From assembly GCA_965222375.1 (NCBI GenBank), contig CBDCTZ010000008.1, positions 416,001-480,000 of the forward strand: a DNA stretch of 64,000 bases. Direction: 5' to 3'. Shown in pieces: positions 1-8,682 of the stretch. This DNA is from Polyangiaceae bacterium (lineage in GTDB: Bacteria; Myxococcota_A; Polyangia; Polyangiales; Polyangiaceae). The notes under the pieces were generated by a model that was not told where the DNA came from, did no database searches, and saw nothing but the letters and a program-made list of their open reading frames with translations. Each line of letters starts with the position of its first letter. Positions within the stretch are counted from its first letter, which is position 1. Both the position numbers and the translations under genes were made by a program.

Positions 1-248
1 AGCGGCGCATAGGTCGTGGGGTTGGGTTGCGTAGCCTCGGGCCCGCGCGCCCGCAAGCAGCAACGTGCGTGCCACAGCGAGCAGACCGGGGCCATTCACG
101 TCGCGTTGGCTCGCAAAGCATGACCCATCGCGCTTCCGAACGGCACAGGTTGGGCCAATTCTCAGGGTTGGGCGCCAAACGTTGACATTGGCGCCGTCAG
201 CCCACCAAGCTCAAATCGTGGTGCCCGGTTCCCGGGAGCGACCCGGCG

Positions 249-992
249 ATGATTTCGTTTCGCAACGTCAAAAAATCCTTCGGCCCAAAGAACGTCCTGA
301 ACGGGGTGAGCTTCGACGTTCAAGACGGAGAGGTGTTCTTCATCATCGGTGCTTCGGGCGTCGGAAAGAGCGTGCTGATCAAGCACTTGATCGGGTTGCT
401 CTACCCGGATGACGGCGAGATTTGGCTCGATGGCCAAGAGGTCAGCCGGTTCGACGAGCGTCGGATGTACGCGGTTCGGAAGAAGTGCGCGATGGTCTTT
501 CAGCACTCGACCTTGTTCGACTCGATGACCTGCGCGGAGAACGTCGCCCTGCCCTTGAAGAAACACAAAGGCATGAAACCAAAAGAGGCTCTTTCGGAAG
601 CGCGACGGCTGCTCACGCACGTACACATGGCTGAGTTTGGCGATCGCTTTCCAGCCGAACTCGGCGATGGCATGCGCAAGCGCGTTGCCATCGCCCGGGC
701 CTTGACCTTGGATCCAGAGTACGTGTTGTTCGACGAACCCACGACTAGCTTGGATCCGGTCAGCGCTCGGCGCGTCGACAAGTTGATTCGAGAGCTATCC
801 GACACCCTCGGAGTGACGAGTATCGTGGTGTCACACGATCTAGTGAGCATCTTCGCAATCGCAGATCGCATCGTCATGTTGTACAAAGGAAAGGTGAAAC
901 TCCTGGGTACGCGCGAAGATTTCCAACAATCCGAGGATGGTGTGATCCAGCAGTTCATCAACGGGCGCGCCGAAGGACCCATGGACGCGTGA
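249..992 (+). CDS. mlaF: ABC transporter ATP-binding protein, MlaF/Mkl family
   Basis: Walker A GASGVGKS, Q-loop VFQ, variant signature LGDGMRKR, Walker B LFDEPT, H-loop SHD; lies directly upstream of an MCE/MlaD gene. Confidence 0.85.
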   Translation: MISFRNVKKSFGPKNVLNGVSFDVQDGEVFFIIGASGVGKSVLIKHLIGLLYPDDGEIWLDGQEVSRFDERRMYAVRKKCAMVFQHSTLFDSMTCAENVALPLKKHKGMKPKEALSEARRLLTHVHMAEFGDRFPAELGDGMRKRVAIARALTLDPEYVLFDEPTTSLDPVSARRVDKLIRELSDTLGVTSIVVSHDLVSIFAIADRIVMLYKGKVKLLGTREDFQQSEDGVIQQFINGRAEGPMDA

Positions 993-1029
993 CCTAACGA
1001 CCCAAGCAGAGAAAGGAAAGCGACCAGCC

Positions 1030-2052
1030 ATGAGCCAGCGATCCATCGAGGTTAAAGTCGGCGTCCTCATCATCGTCGCACTCGTCCTATTGGGCGGTTT
1101 TGTAGTGGTAATGGGAGGGCTATCCTTCGAACCCACCTATACCGTGAAGGTCGATTTCGAAAACCCCGGTGGCCTCCAGACCGGAGCGCCGGTGCGAATC
1201 GCCGGCATGAAGGTCGGGACTATCGACGAAGTCCAGTTTCGCGGTGGTGAACTCGACCCACAGACCAAGGAGCCGGTTCCGCCCATTCGCGTGATAGCGA
1301 AGATCGAAAAGCGCTATCAGCACGCGATCTTCGAAAACGCGCGTTGGTACGTCACGACCCAAGGCGTGCTCGGCGAGATGTTCTTGGCGGTCGAGCCGGG
1401 AACAGCGGACCGCCCGAAGGTCGAAGATGGCGCAGTGGTTCGCGGCATCAGTCCGCCGCGACTGGATCTACTTCTCAGTGAGAGCTACGAACTGTTGCAT
1501 CGCGCATACGTAGGCATCACTAAGAACGAAAAACAGATCGGCGAGACCTTCGATGGGCTCCATGCCACGCTGAAGGGCACGGGTGACTTCTTCCAGACCA
1601 ACCAAAAGAAGCTCGACAATGTCGTCACGAATGTCGAAACCCTCACGGTGGAAGCCAACGACACGATGAAGGCTGCCCGCAGCCGCTACGTGGAAAACAA
1701 GCAGATTGACCGAATTTTCAACAACGTCGAGCGGACTACCGTCACGCTGAATCGGAATCTCGACCCGATGCTCACCGACGGGCGGAAGGTCTTGGCCGAC
1801 ACCAAGAAGCTCTCCGGTACGCTTGCCGCTGATGGTCAAATCCGGAAGTACAAGAAGATCACGAACGACGTCAGCGATGCGACCGGCCGCGCTCGGCTCA
1901 TGACCAAAGACGCGCAATCCGTCATGGCCCACGTCAAGCGCGGCAAAGGTACAGTGGGTGCACTCGTGATGGACGAAGCCCTGTACGATGATCTCCAGGA
2001 GATGCTTCGAGATCTGAAGCACAACCCCTGGAAGTTCTTCTGGCGCGAGTGA
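1030..2052 (+). CDS. mlaD: MCE/MlaD family lipid transport protein
   Basis: N-terminal TM (EVKVGVLII...), MCE motifs GGLQTGAPVRIAGMKVG and QGVLGEMFL, long helical C-terminus ending HNPWKFF. Confidence 0.85.
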   Translation: MSQRSIEVKVGVLIIVALVLLGGFVVVMGGLSFEPTYTVKVDFENPGGLQTGAPVRIAGMKVGTIDEVQFRGGELDPQTKEPVPPIRVIAKIEKRYQHAIFENARWYVTTQGVLGEMFLAVEPGTADRPKVEDGAVVRGISPPRLDLLLSESYELLHRAYVGITKNEKQIGETFDGLHATLKGTGDFFQTNQKKLDNVVTNVETLTVEANDTMKAARSRYVENKQIDRIFNNVERTTVTLNRNLDPMLTDGRKVLADTKKLSGTLAADGQIRKYKKITNDVSDATGRARLMTKDAQSVMAHVKRGKGTVGALVMDEALYDDLQEMLRDLKHNPWKFFWRE

Positions 2053-2132
2053 TCTCTTGTCGCGCCCGCGCCTCAGGCGCGGCTCCCAGGCCAGCCTGTC
2101 GAGCGGGTGCGCCGCCTCGAAGCCAAGTCGAG

Positions 2133-2678
2133 CTAGTCGGAGCCGGCGTCGCTGGGGCCGCCGCCCGTCCCGCTAGTGCCGCCCGTCGCAACACCACCTG
2201 TGCCGCCCGTCGCGACGCCACCAGTACCGCCCGTCGCGACCCCGCCAGTGCCACCGGTCGCAACCCCACCGGTGCCGCCCGTTGCGACCCCGCCGCTGCC
2301 GCCGGTCGCAACCCCACCGGTGCCACCAGTGACCGCGCCGCCAGTTCCGCCGGTCGCGCCACCTGCCCCGCCCGTTGCGCCACCTGCCCCGCCCGTCGCG
2401 ACCCCGCCGGCGCCCGAGGCCCCGGCCGCACCGTCCACGGCCGAACCATCCGGAGGCGGACCTGCGGGGCCATCTATCGTGGAAACGACGCCGCTTACGT
2501 CATTCGTACAGACTCCCTGCACGCAAACCAGGCCAGCTGAGCAGTCATCGGCTCGGAAGCACTCATCGCCGGGTCCCCCCTGCTCCTGGGGTCCCCCACA
2601 AGAAACCCCGGTGATCACCCAGATTCCGAGGGACGCGAAAGCGCCCACCCATAGTTTCGTCCGTTGGCCGCTGCGCAT
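2133..2678 (-). CDS. Putative lipoprotein with a small Cys-rich domain and Gly/Thr repeat tail
   Basis: Lipobox-like GVSC; motif ECFRADDCSAGLVCVQGVC; (GGTGGVAT)n repeats. Confidence 0.65.
   Translation of the reverse strand: MRSGQRTKLWVGAFASLGIWVITGVSCGGPQEQGGPGDECFRADDCSAGLVCVQGVCTNDVSGVVSTIDGPAGPPPDGSAVDGAAGASGAGGVATGGAGGATGGAGGATGGTGGAVTGGTGGVATGGSGGVATGGTGGVATGGTGGVATGGTGGVATGGTGGVATGGTSGTGGGPSDAGSD
2176..2410. repeat. Coding tandem repeat (mostly 24-bp units; GGTGGVAT)
   Basis: Repeated octapeptide units with synonymous variation inside the minus-strand ORF. Confidence 0.8.
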
Positions 2679-2975
2679 GCCTAAAGGGAAACGCTACGCC
2701 ATCACACGGTGAGGTCAAGTCCGGAGCCACCGCCCTAGGCGCCCGGTGACGGCGGTTTTTGCCGTCGCGCACGCCTGAAGGGGCCCCGCGCCCGCGACCA
2801 GATCCCCCGCTTCGACCCAAGCTCGGGGACAGGTTGGTGTCGGAAAGATATGCTGTCTGGGCCAATCAGACGACATGGGGTACATTTCCTGGCCGCAAGC
2901 CCTTGTTGACCCTCAGGGGTCGAAATTGGTAAGCGCCTCAGCCAAGCTCTGTCATTTCTGGAGATCACCAACACG

Positions 2976-3740
2976 ATGGCCGAACAGAAGGAAAGCTCAG
3001 TTCTCTTCTCCCTCAAAGAGTTGATGAACCTTGAAGAAGACCGCATCAAGGAAGAAGAAGCGGAGCGAGACGCACAGGCTCGAGCGGAAGCAGAGGCAAA
3101 GCTCGCTGCCGAGCGCGCTCAGCGCGAGGCGGAGGAAGCGCGACTGCGCGCAGAAGACGAGGCGCGCAGGTTGGAAGAGCAGCGGCGCCGCGAAGAGGAA
3201 GCGCGGGTAGCGGCCATCCAACACGGCGAGATGGAAAAGGCGCGCATGGACGCCGAGCACCGTGCGCGCATGGAGGCCATGGCGGCTCAGCAGTCCCATG
3301 AAGCGCAGCTCACCGCGATGCGGCAAGACAAGGGCAAGAAGCGCCTGCAGTTGATCGTCGGCATCGTCACGGCGGTATTGGTCATCGGCGGCGTGACGGG
3401 CGGCATTCTGTGGAAACGCTCGGCGGACGCCGCAGACCGGCGCGCGGCGGCTTTGGAAGCCGAACGCAAGCGCACCGAAACCGAGCTAGCCGGTCTGAAG
3501 CGGCAGTTCGAGGATGCTGCAAAGAAGGAAGAAGAGCTCCGCAAGAACCTGGCAAGCGCCAAGGATGAAGCGGAGCGTGCGAAGATCGAGGCGCAGCTCG
3601 CTGCCGCCAAGAAAGCCAAGGACAAGGCTGCCGGCGCCATCCGTCGTGGTGGTGGAGGTGCTGCGAAGCCCCGTGGTGGCGGCGGAGCGAAAAAGCCGTG
3701 CAACTGCCCACCGGGCGATCCGCTCTGCTCCTGCCTGTAG
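2976..3740 (+). CDS. Bitopic coiled-coil (TolA-like composition) membrane protein with C-terminal Cys motif
   Basis: E/A/R-rich helix, single TM (LIVGIVTAVLVIGGVTGGILW), second coiled coil, ends CNCPPGDPLCSCL; GGAG upstream. Confidence 0.75.
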   Translation: MAEQKESSVLFSLKELMNLEEDRIKEEEAERDAQARAEAEAKLAAERAQREAEEARLRAEDEARRLEEQRRREEEARVAAIQHGEMEKARMDAEHRARMEAMAAQQSHEAQLTAMRQDKGKKRLQLIVGIVTAVLVIGGVTGGILWKRSADAADRRAAALEAERKRTETELAGLKRQFEDAAKKEEELRKNLASAKDEAERAKIEAQLAAAKKAKDKAAGAIRRGGGGAAKPRGGGGAKKPCNCPPGDPLCSCL

Positions 3741-3744
3741 GCCC

Positions 3745-4461
3745 GTGACCGGCCACGCTCTTCGTCCGCGAGAGCGCCTCGCTTTCGCTCTGGACTACCC
3801 AACGCTCGACGACGCCGAGCGGGGCGCTGCGCTGGTCGTCGAGCACGCCGGAGTGCTCAAGGTCGGACTCGAGCTATTCGTCCGCTCCGGACCACCCGCC
3901 GTTCAGTTGGGTCGGCAGCTCGGTGCGCGCGTGTTCCTCGATCTCAAGTTGCACGACATTCCGAAGACGGTTGCGCGCGCGGTCGATTCGGCCCTAGAGC
4001 TGGGCGCGAGCTATCTCACTGTCCATGCCCAAGGTGGGCCCCACATGCTCCGAGAGGCGACCCGCGCGACTGAGGGGAGCGACTTGACCCTGTTGGCCGT
4101 CACGGTGCTGACCTCGTTGGACGACGCCGACTTGAACGCCATCGGTGTCAGCGCCCAGACCGGAGAACAGGCTCGGCGGCTCGCCCGGCTCGCTTTCGAC
4201 TACGGCGTACGCGGCTTCGTGTGTTCCGCGGCAGAGGTCGGAGGCCTGCGTACCGAACTCGGCGAGGACGCGCTCCTGGTCACACCAGGGATCCGACCCG
4301 CAGCCGCGGACCTGGGAGACCAGAAGCGGGTTGGCACGCCCGCCGAAGCGATCGCTTCCGGATCGGACATCTTGGTCGTCGGGCGGCCCATTCGGGACGC
4401 GGCGGATCCAGCGGCTGCAGCTGCTCGCCTCGTGAGCGAAATCGCCGAGGCGGCGGGGTGA
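3745..4461 (+). CDS. pyrF: Orotidine-5'-phosphate decarboxylase
   Basis: ALD, KVGLEL, FLDLKLHDIP, VTPGIR, DQKR, VVGRPI motifs; GTG start at 3745 chosen over the longer ORF. Confidence 0.95.
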   Translation: MTGHALRPRERLAFALDYPTLDDAERGAALVVEHAGVLKVGLELFVRSGPPAVQLGRQLGARVFLDLKLHDIPKTVARAVDSALELGASYLTVHAQGGPHMLREATRATEGSDLTLLAVTVLTSLDDADLNAIGVSAQTGEQARRLARLAFDYGVRGFVCSAAEVGGLRTELGEDALLVTPGIRPAAADLGDQKRVGTPAEAIASGSDILVVGRPIRDAADPAAAAARLVSEIAEAAG

Positions 4462-5186
4462 CCGACCCCGGCGGCCGGCTGGTGCTGGGGCTTCAGCCGG
4501 TTCGCGAAGCGCTGAAGGTCCACGGCGGCGAGGTCCAGCGGGTCTGGCTGGACGCTCGGGACGAGCCGCGGTTGATCGCCCTGGCCCGTTTCGCCTCGGA
4601 CCAAGGCGCCCGGGTCGTGGAGCGGGTGCCCCGCGCCAAACTCGACAAGATCAGCCGTGGCACGCATCATCAGGGCGTCGCGGCCTGGGTGCCGCCCCTA
4701 CATCTCCGCGGTGCCGAAGAGCTGTTCCAGTGCCAGGACTTGTTGGCATTGGCCCTCGACGGGATCCAGGACCCCCAGAACTTCGGTGCCATCATCCGCA
4801 GCGCCGTCGCCGTCGCTGGCGCCGCTGTGGTGTGGGCGGAACACGGCGCAGCGCCCCTCACCCCCGCCACCTTCCGCGCCTCCGCGGGCGCCATCGAGCA
4901 CGCGGCGTTGTATCGCGTCCCAGCCCTACACGGCTTCGTGCGAGATGCGGTCGCCCGGGGAGTGACAGTCATTGGGCTTGACGGCGCAGCCGATGCTAAC
5001 CTGGCCGACGTGGAGTTGCCTCGGCCTCTCGTTCTGGTCGTTGGCAGCGAACACGCGGGGCTGGCTCGCAACGTCCGCCGCTCCGTAACCCAGTTGGCCC
5101 GCATCGTCCGCCCCCACCATGTCGACTCCCTCAATGCCAGCGTCGCCGCCGCCATCGCGCTCTACGTCGCTGCGCATAAATCATGA
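4458..5186 (+). CDS. TrmH/RlmB family RNA 2'-O-methyltransferase (SPOUT)
   Basis: HQGVAA, LDGIQDPQNFGAIIRS, VVGSEHAGL, DSLNASVAAA; GTG start overlaps the pyrF stop (GTGA). Confidence 0.9.
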   Translation: MTDPGGRLVLGLQPVREALKVHGGEVQRVWLDARDEPRLIALARFASDQGARVVERVPRAKLDKISRGTHHQGVAAWVPPLHLRGAEELFQCQDLLALALDGIQDPQNFGAIIRSAVAVAGAAVVWAEHGAAPLTPATFRASAGAIEHAALYRVPALHGFVRDAVARGVTVIGLDGAADANLADVELPRPLVLVVGSEHAGLARNVRRSVTQLARIVRPHHVDSLNASVAAAIALYVAAHKS

Positions 5187-5396
5187 ATCTCAACTAGTTA
5201 CGTCACGACTCTCAAGTAGCGCCTGCAACATCTGAGCTAGGCTGAACACCCGTCACGCGTCCCGCCCTCGTCGTTCCATTCAATGGAACGCACCCGTCCC
5301 CATCCGGCGTGCAGACAAAGGTGATCAATTTCAATGGCTTAGGTCCACGGCTCTCAGGTCGCGAAGGAAGGTCCGCCCAGAAGTTGAGGCGGTGCT

Positions 5397-6512
5397 TCAG
5401 CTACTCGAACTATGGCGCGCAAGGGCGCGATGAAACGCGTCTATTGCGATTTCGATCTGCCGCCGTGTGGTCGTCTCGCCCAAGCTCACACGAACCGCAC
5501 TCTTCGCCCGTTCGTCACCCGCCATTGCCATGATGACCGGGGACGCCTCCTGGCTGCCGGCGCTGCAGGCGCTTCCGCTCGATACCTCGACGCCCATCAG
5601 GTCGAGAGCGACCACCAATTCGTCTCCGCGGGTGCCGTTGAAGGACAGGTTGCTGACGTGGGGCAGCCGCGGCGCTCCTAGACCATTGATGCATCCGTAG
5701 CGCACGAGGGCAGACTCCAAACCGTCCCGAAGATTGCCCAGCGCCGCGTAGCGTTCCGGCCCGGACGCCAATCGCCGCAGGGCCGCCAAGAGGCCCGCCG
5801 CCGCCACAGGATCGAGCGTTCCAGCGCGAAGACCCCGTTCCTGGGCCCCGCCGACGAGGATCGGTCGCAGTTCGGCCGGACTTGTCCGCCAAATCAAAGC
5901 CCCGAGCCCCTTCGGCCCACGGACCTTGTGGGATGAAACGGCCAAGCTGTGGGCGTGGCGGAGGGCCGTCAGAGGTGCTCTGCCAACCAGCTGGACCGCA
6001 TCCACGTGCAGGCGCGCCTCGTGGGCGTCGGCGATCCGGCGCGCCTCGGCCAGAGGCTGAATCACGCCGGTCTCATGGTTGGCCGCCATCACCACCAGCG
6101 TGGCCGGCCCGGGCAATGAGTCGAGGGCCCGCACCATGGAGTCTAGATCGACCACGCCTGCGGCATCGACGTCGAACCAGGCCACGCGCCCTCCCCGTGC
6201 CTCGAGGGTGTCCGCAACGCGGGTGACGGACGGGTGCTCGATTCGGCTCAGCGCCAATCCCATCGCCCCCGACAAGGCAAGGTTGTTCGCCTCGGTCCCT
6301 CCCGAAGTGAAGATCACATCTCGCGGGTGAGCGCCGAGCAACTGCGCCAGCTGGTCTCGCAGGTTATCCACCACCTGGCGTGCTTCCCGCCCCCGCCGGT
6401 GCACGCTGGAGGGATTGCCCCAGGTGTCAGCCAGGGCGGCAGCCATCGCCGCGAGCACATCGGCGTGGGGCGGTGCGGTGGCATTCCAATCCAGATACAC
6501 CCGCTCGATCAT
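5397..6512 (-). CDS. Cysteine desulfurase (IscS/NifS class V aminotransferase)
   Basis: YLDWNAT, GNPSS, FTSGGTEANN, ANHETGVIQP, HVDAVQ, SSHKVRGPKG, SSGSACS; ATG at 6512 overlaps the upstream stop. Confidence 0.92.
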   Translation of the reverse strand: MIERVYLDWNATAPPHADVLAAMAAALADTWGNPSSVHRRGREARQVVDNLRDQLAQLLGAHPRDVIFTSGGTEANNLALSGAMGLALSRIEHPSVTRVADTLEARGGRVAWFDVDAAGVVDLDSMVRALDSLPGPATLVVMAANHETGVIQPLAEARRIADAHEARLHVDAVQLVGRAPLTALRHAHSLAVSSHKVRGPKGLGALIWRTSPAELRPILVGGAQERGLRAGTLDPVAAAGLLAALRRLASGPERYAALGNLRDGLESALVRYGCINGLGAPRLPHVSNLSFNGTRGDELVVALDLMGVEVSSGSACSAGSQEASPVIMAMAGDERAKSAVRVSLGETTTRRQIEIAIDAFHRALARHSSSS

Positions 6513-7732
6513 TCGGAAGAACTCGGAGCCTTCGTCGCGGCCCGCTCCGGAACCCGCATGTAGAAAGCGCAGCCAGATAGCTTGCGCCCGGAGAAGCGCT
6601 CCGCCGACGGTGACTGCACATGCACGTCTCCTCCGTGGCCGCGAGCGACGCCGCGTACGATCGCGAGCCCGATCCCCGCTCCACCGAACTCGCGGGTGGG
6701 TGAGCCGTCCACCTGGTAAAACGGCTCGAACAGCCGCCCCGCCTTTTCCGCGGACACTCCAGGCCCGGTGTCCGCCACGCAGATTTCGTACTGACGAGCT
6801 GCCGCGCTGCGCACCCGCACGCCAATGGCGCCACCCTCCGGCGTGAATTTCACGGCGTTGTCCAACAGCGCGAGGGCGGCCTGCTCCAACCGTGCTCGGT
6901 CGCCATAACCCGGCATGGCGTCCGCAGGCACGTCGGCGTACAGGTCGAGGCCAGCGGATTCCGCTCGCTTGCGATATTGCTCGATCGCCGACGTCACGAC
7001 CGCGACCAGATCGTATTCGCTGGGCGAAAACCGCATCTTGCCGCTCTCGATGCCGGTAACGTCTAGCAGCCCGTCGATCAGTCCACGCAGGCGCTGCACA
7101 CATTCGTCGACGGACCTGAGAGCCTTCTTCTGCCCGGCGTTCATGGGGCCCAACTCATCATCCAAGAGCAAGCGCACGTATCCGACGATGGGGGTCATTG
7201 GCGTCGACAGCTCATGGGAGATGTTGCGGTAGAACTCCTTCCGCGCTTGGTCCAACTCCACCAGCCGCTCGTTCGCCGAGGAAAGCTCCGCTAGTTTCTC
7301 CTCCAGGTGGGCAGCAATTTTCTGACTCTGAAGCCGCAGATGCTTACCGGTGCGATCCGGGGGCGCCTGCTCCTTCCGGCCGTGCAGGTACGTCCGAACC
7401 GTCGCGACAAAAGAGCGAGCATCAATGGGTTTTTGCAGGAAGCCATCACACCCAACGGCCAGGCTGGTGTCTCGGTTGCCCTCGGCGGTGATGGCCACGA
7501 TGGGAACTCCGTCCAAGGACGCCTCGGAGCGAAGCCGCAGGGTCACTTCGTACCCGTCCAGGCCTGGGATGGCGATGTCGACCAGGACCAGATCCGGCGG
7601 ATCCGCGCAGGCCTTGCGGATCCCCTCCAGGCCATCCGGCGCGTCAATGACCTCGAATCCTGCCGGCGTGAGCAGTTTTCGCACGAGCAGCCGGTTGGCG
7701 GGGTCATCTTCGATGTGTAGAACCTTGGGCAC
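6509..7732 (-). CDS. Cytoplasmic hybrid response regulator / histidine kinase (REC-HisKA-HATPase)
   Basis: REC (IEDD, LVDIAIPGLDG, KP), H-box SHELSTP, N-box DNAVKFT, DTGPG, GAGIGL; no TM seen. Confidence 0.9.
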   Translation of the reverse strand: MPKVLHIEDDPANRLLVRKLLTPAGFEVIDAPDGLEGIRKACADPPDLVLVDIAIPGLDGYEVTLRLRSEASLDGVPIVAITAEGNRDTSLAVGCDGFLQKPIDARSFVATVRTYLHGRKEQAPPDRTGKHLRLQSQKIAAHLEEKLAELSSANERLVELDQARKEFYRNISHELSTPMTPIVGYVRLLLDDELGPMNAGQKKALRSVDECVQRLRGLIDGLLDVTGIESGKMRFSPSEYDLVAVVTSAIEQYRKRAESAGLDLYADVPADAMPGYGDRARLEQAALALLDNAVKFTPEGGAIGVRVRSAAARQYEICVADTGPGVSAEKAGRLFEPFYQVDGSPTREFGGAGIGLAIVRGVARGHGGDVHVQSPSAERFSGRKLSGCAFYMRVPERAATKAPSSSE

Positions 7733-7820
7733 GCATCAAGTGTTTTCCCTCCTCCAACCGGGGATGGCAAGGCCGCGTTGCCCTTGCCAGGCCGGTAGGA
7801 TCTCCCCTAGGTAGCAGCCA

Positions 7821-8312
7821 ATGACCCGCCGAACTTCGAACATCACTCTCGCAACCGCCGTGTTGGGGCTCAGCTGTGGCTGCGCGGACCTGACCGCACC
7901 GGGCCTGAGCGCGGGCCAGTCGACGCCGGCGCCGACCCAGGTCGCGGTGTCGGCCGCTGCGGCACCCCCTGCTGCACCGCCCGCGGCGCCCCAAGAACGG
8001 ATCAAGGCATCCCACGTGCTGATCGCGTACAAGGCCGCGAGGAGATCGAGAGCAAGCCGAACCAAGGCAGAAGCCAAGAAGCTGGCCGACGCTGTATTCA
8101 AGCGCGCCAAAGCGGGTGAAGACTTCGCCGAACTCGCGCGCAAGCACTCCGATGACGCCAGCGCCAAAGCCAAGGGCGGCGACCTGGGCAGCTTTCATCG
8201 AGGCAAGATGGTCAAGCCATTTGCAGACGCTGCATTCGCACTCAAACCCGGTGAGGTGAGCAACGTCGTCGAAACGGAGTTCGGCTTCCACGTCATTCGG
8301 CGGACCGAATGA
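7821..8312 (+). CDS. PpiC/parvulin-type peptidyl-prolyl isomerase (putative lipoprotein)
   Basis: ASHVLI, FAELARKHSDD, GGDLG, MVKPFADAAF, ETEFGFHVI; N-terminal signal with Cys. Confidence 0.9.
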   Translation: MTRRTSNITLATAVLGLSCGCADLTAPGLSAGQSTPAPTQVAVSAAAAPPAAPPAAPQERIKASHVLIAYKAARRSRASRTKAEAKKLADAVFKRAKAGEDFAELARKHSDDASAKAKGGDLGSFHRGKMVKPFADAAFALKPGEVSNVVETEFGFHVIRRTE

Positions 8313-8680
8313 GCAATCGAGACAAGCGCGTGCTGATTGCGGACGACGACGCAGGCATCCGCAACCTGGTCGCTCGAGCTTTGCACACCAACTACCAGGT
8401 CATTCTCGCGGAAGACGGACGCGGTGCCCTCGCCGAGCTCAGCAAAGATCCCCCTGTGGATCTCGCGATTTTGGACGTCATGATGCCCGGCATGGATGGC
8501 TTCGAGGTCGCCGAACAGCTCAAGCTGCTAGAGGGGCGGCACATCCCGATCATCTTCATGACTGCGCGTGACACGCCGAAGGACCACATCCTCGGGATCC
8601 AAGCCGGCGCACGCCACTACGTGACCAAACCCTTCGTGCTCAAAGATCTGATGGACAAGATCTCGAAGATCCTGCGCTAG
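8309..8680 (+). CDS. Single-domain response regulator
   Basis: IADDD, ILDVMMPGMDG, MTA, KPF. Confidence 0.9.
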   Translation: MSNRDKRVLIADDDAGIRNLVARALHTNYQVILAEDGRGALAELSKDPPVDLAILDVMMPGMDGFEVAEQLKLLEGRHIPIIFMTARDTPKDHILGIQAGARHYVTKPFVLKDLMDKISKILR

Positions 8681-8682
8681 CC

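Noticed and set aside
1..248. Possible partial minus-strand gene at the left edge
   Set aside because: Too short and has no recognisable motif.
2176..2712. Pro-rich + strand ORF (PPVATPPV)n
   Set aside because: Antisense shadow of the Gly-rich lipoprotein, which has a signal peptide and Cys domain.
6513..7103. N-terminal extension of the cysteine desulfurase ORF (also the long extensions of pyrF, TrmH, DUF72, VanZ, DegT and GT4)
   Set aside because: They overlap other genes or intergenic DNA, and family motifs begin at the downstream starts chosen.
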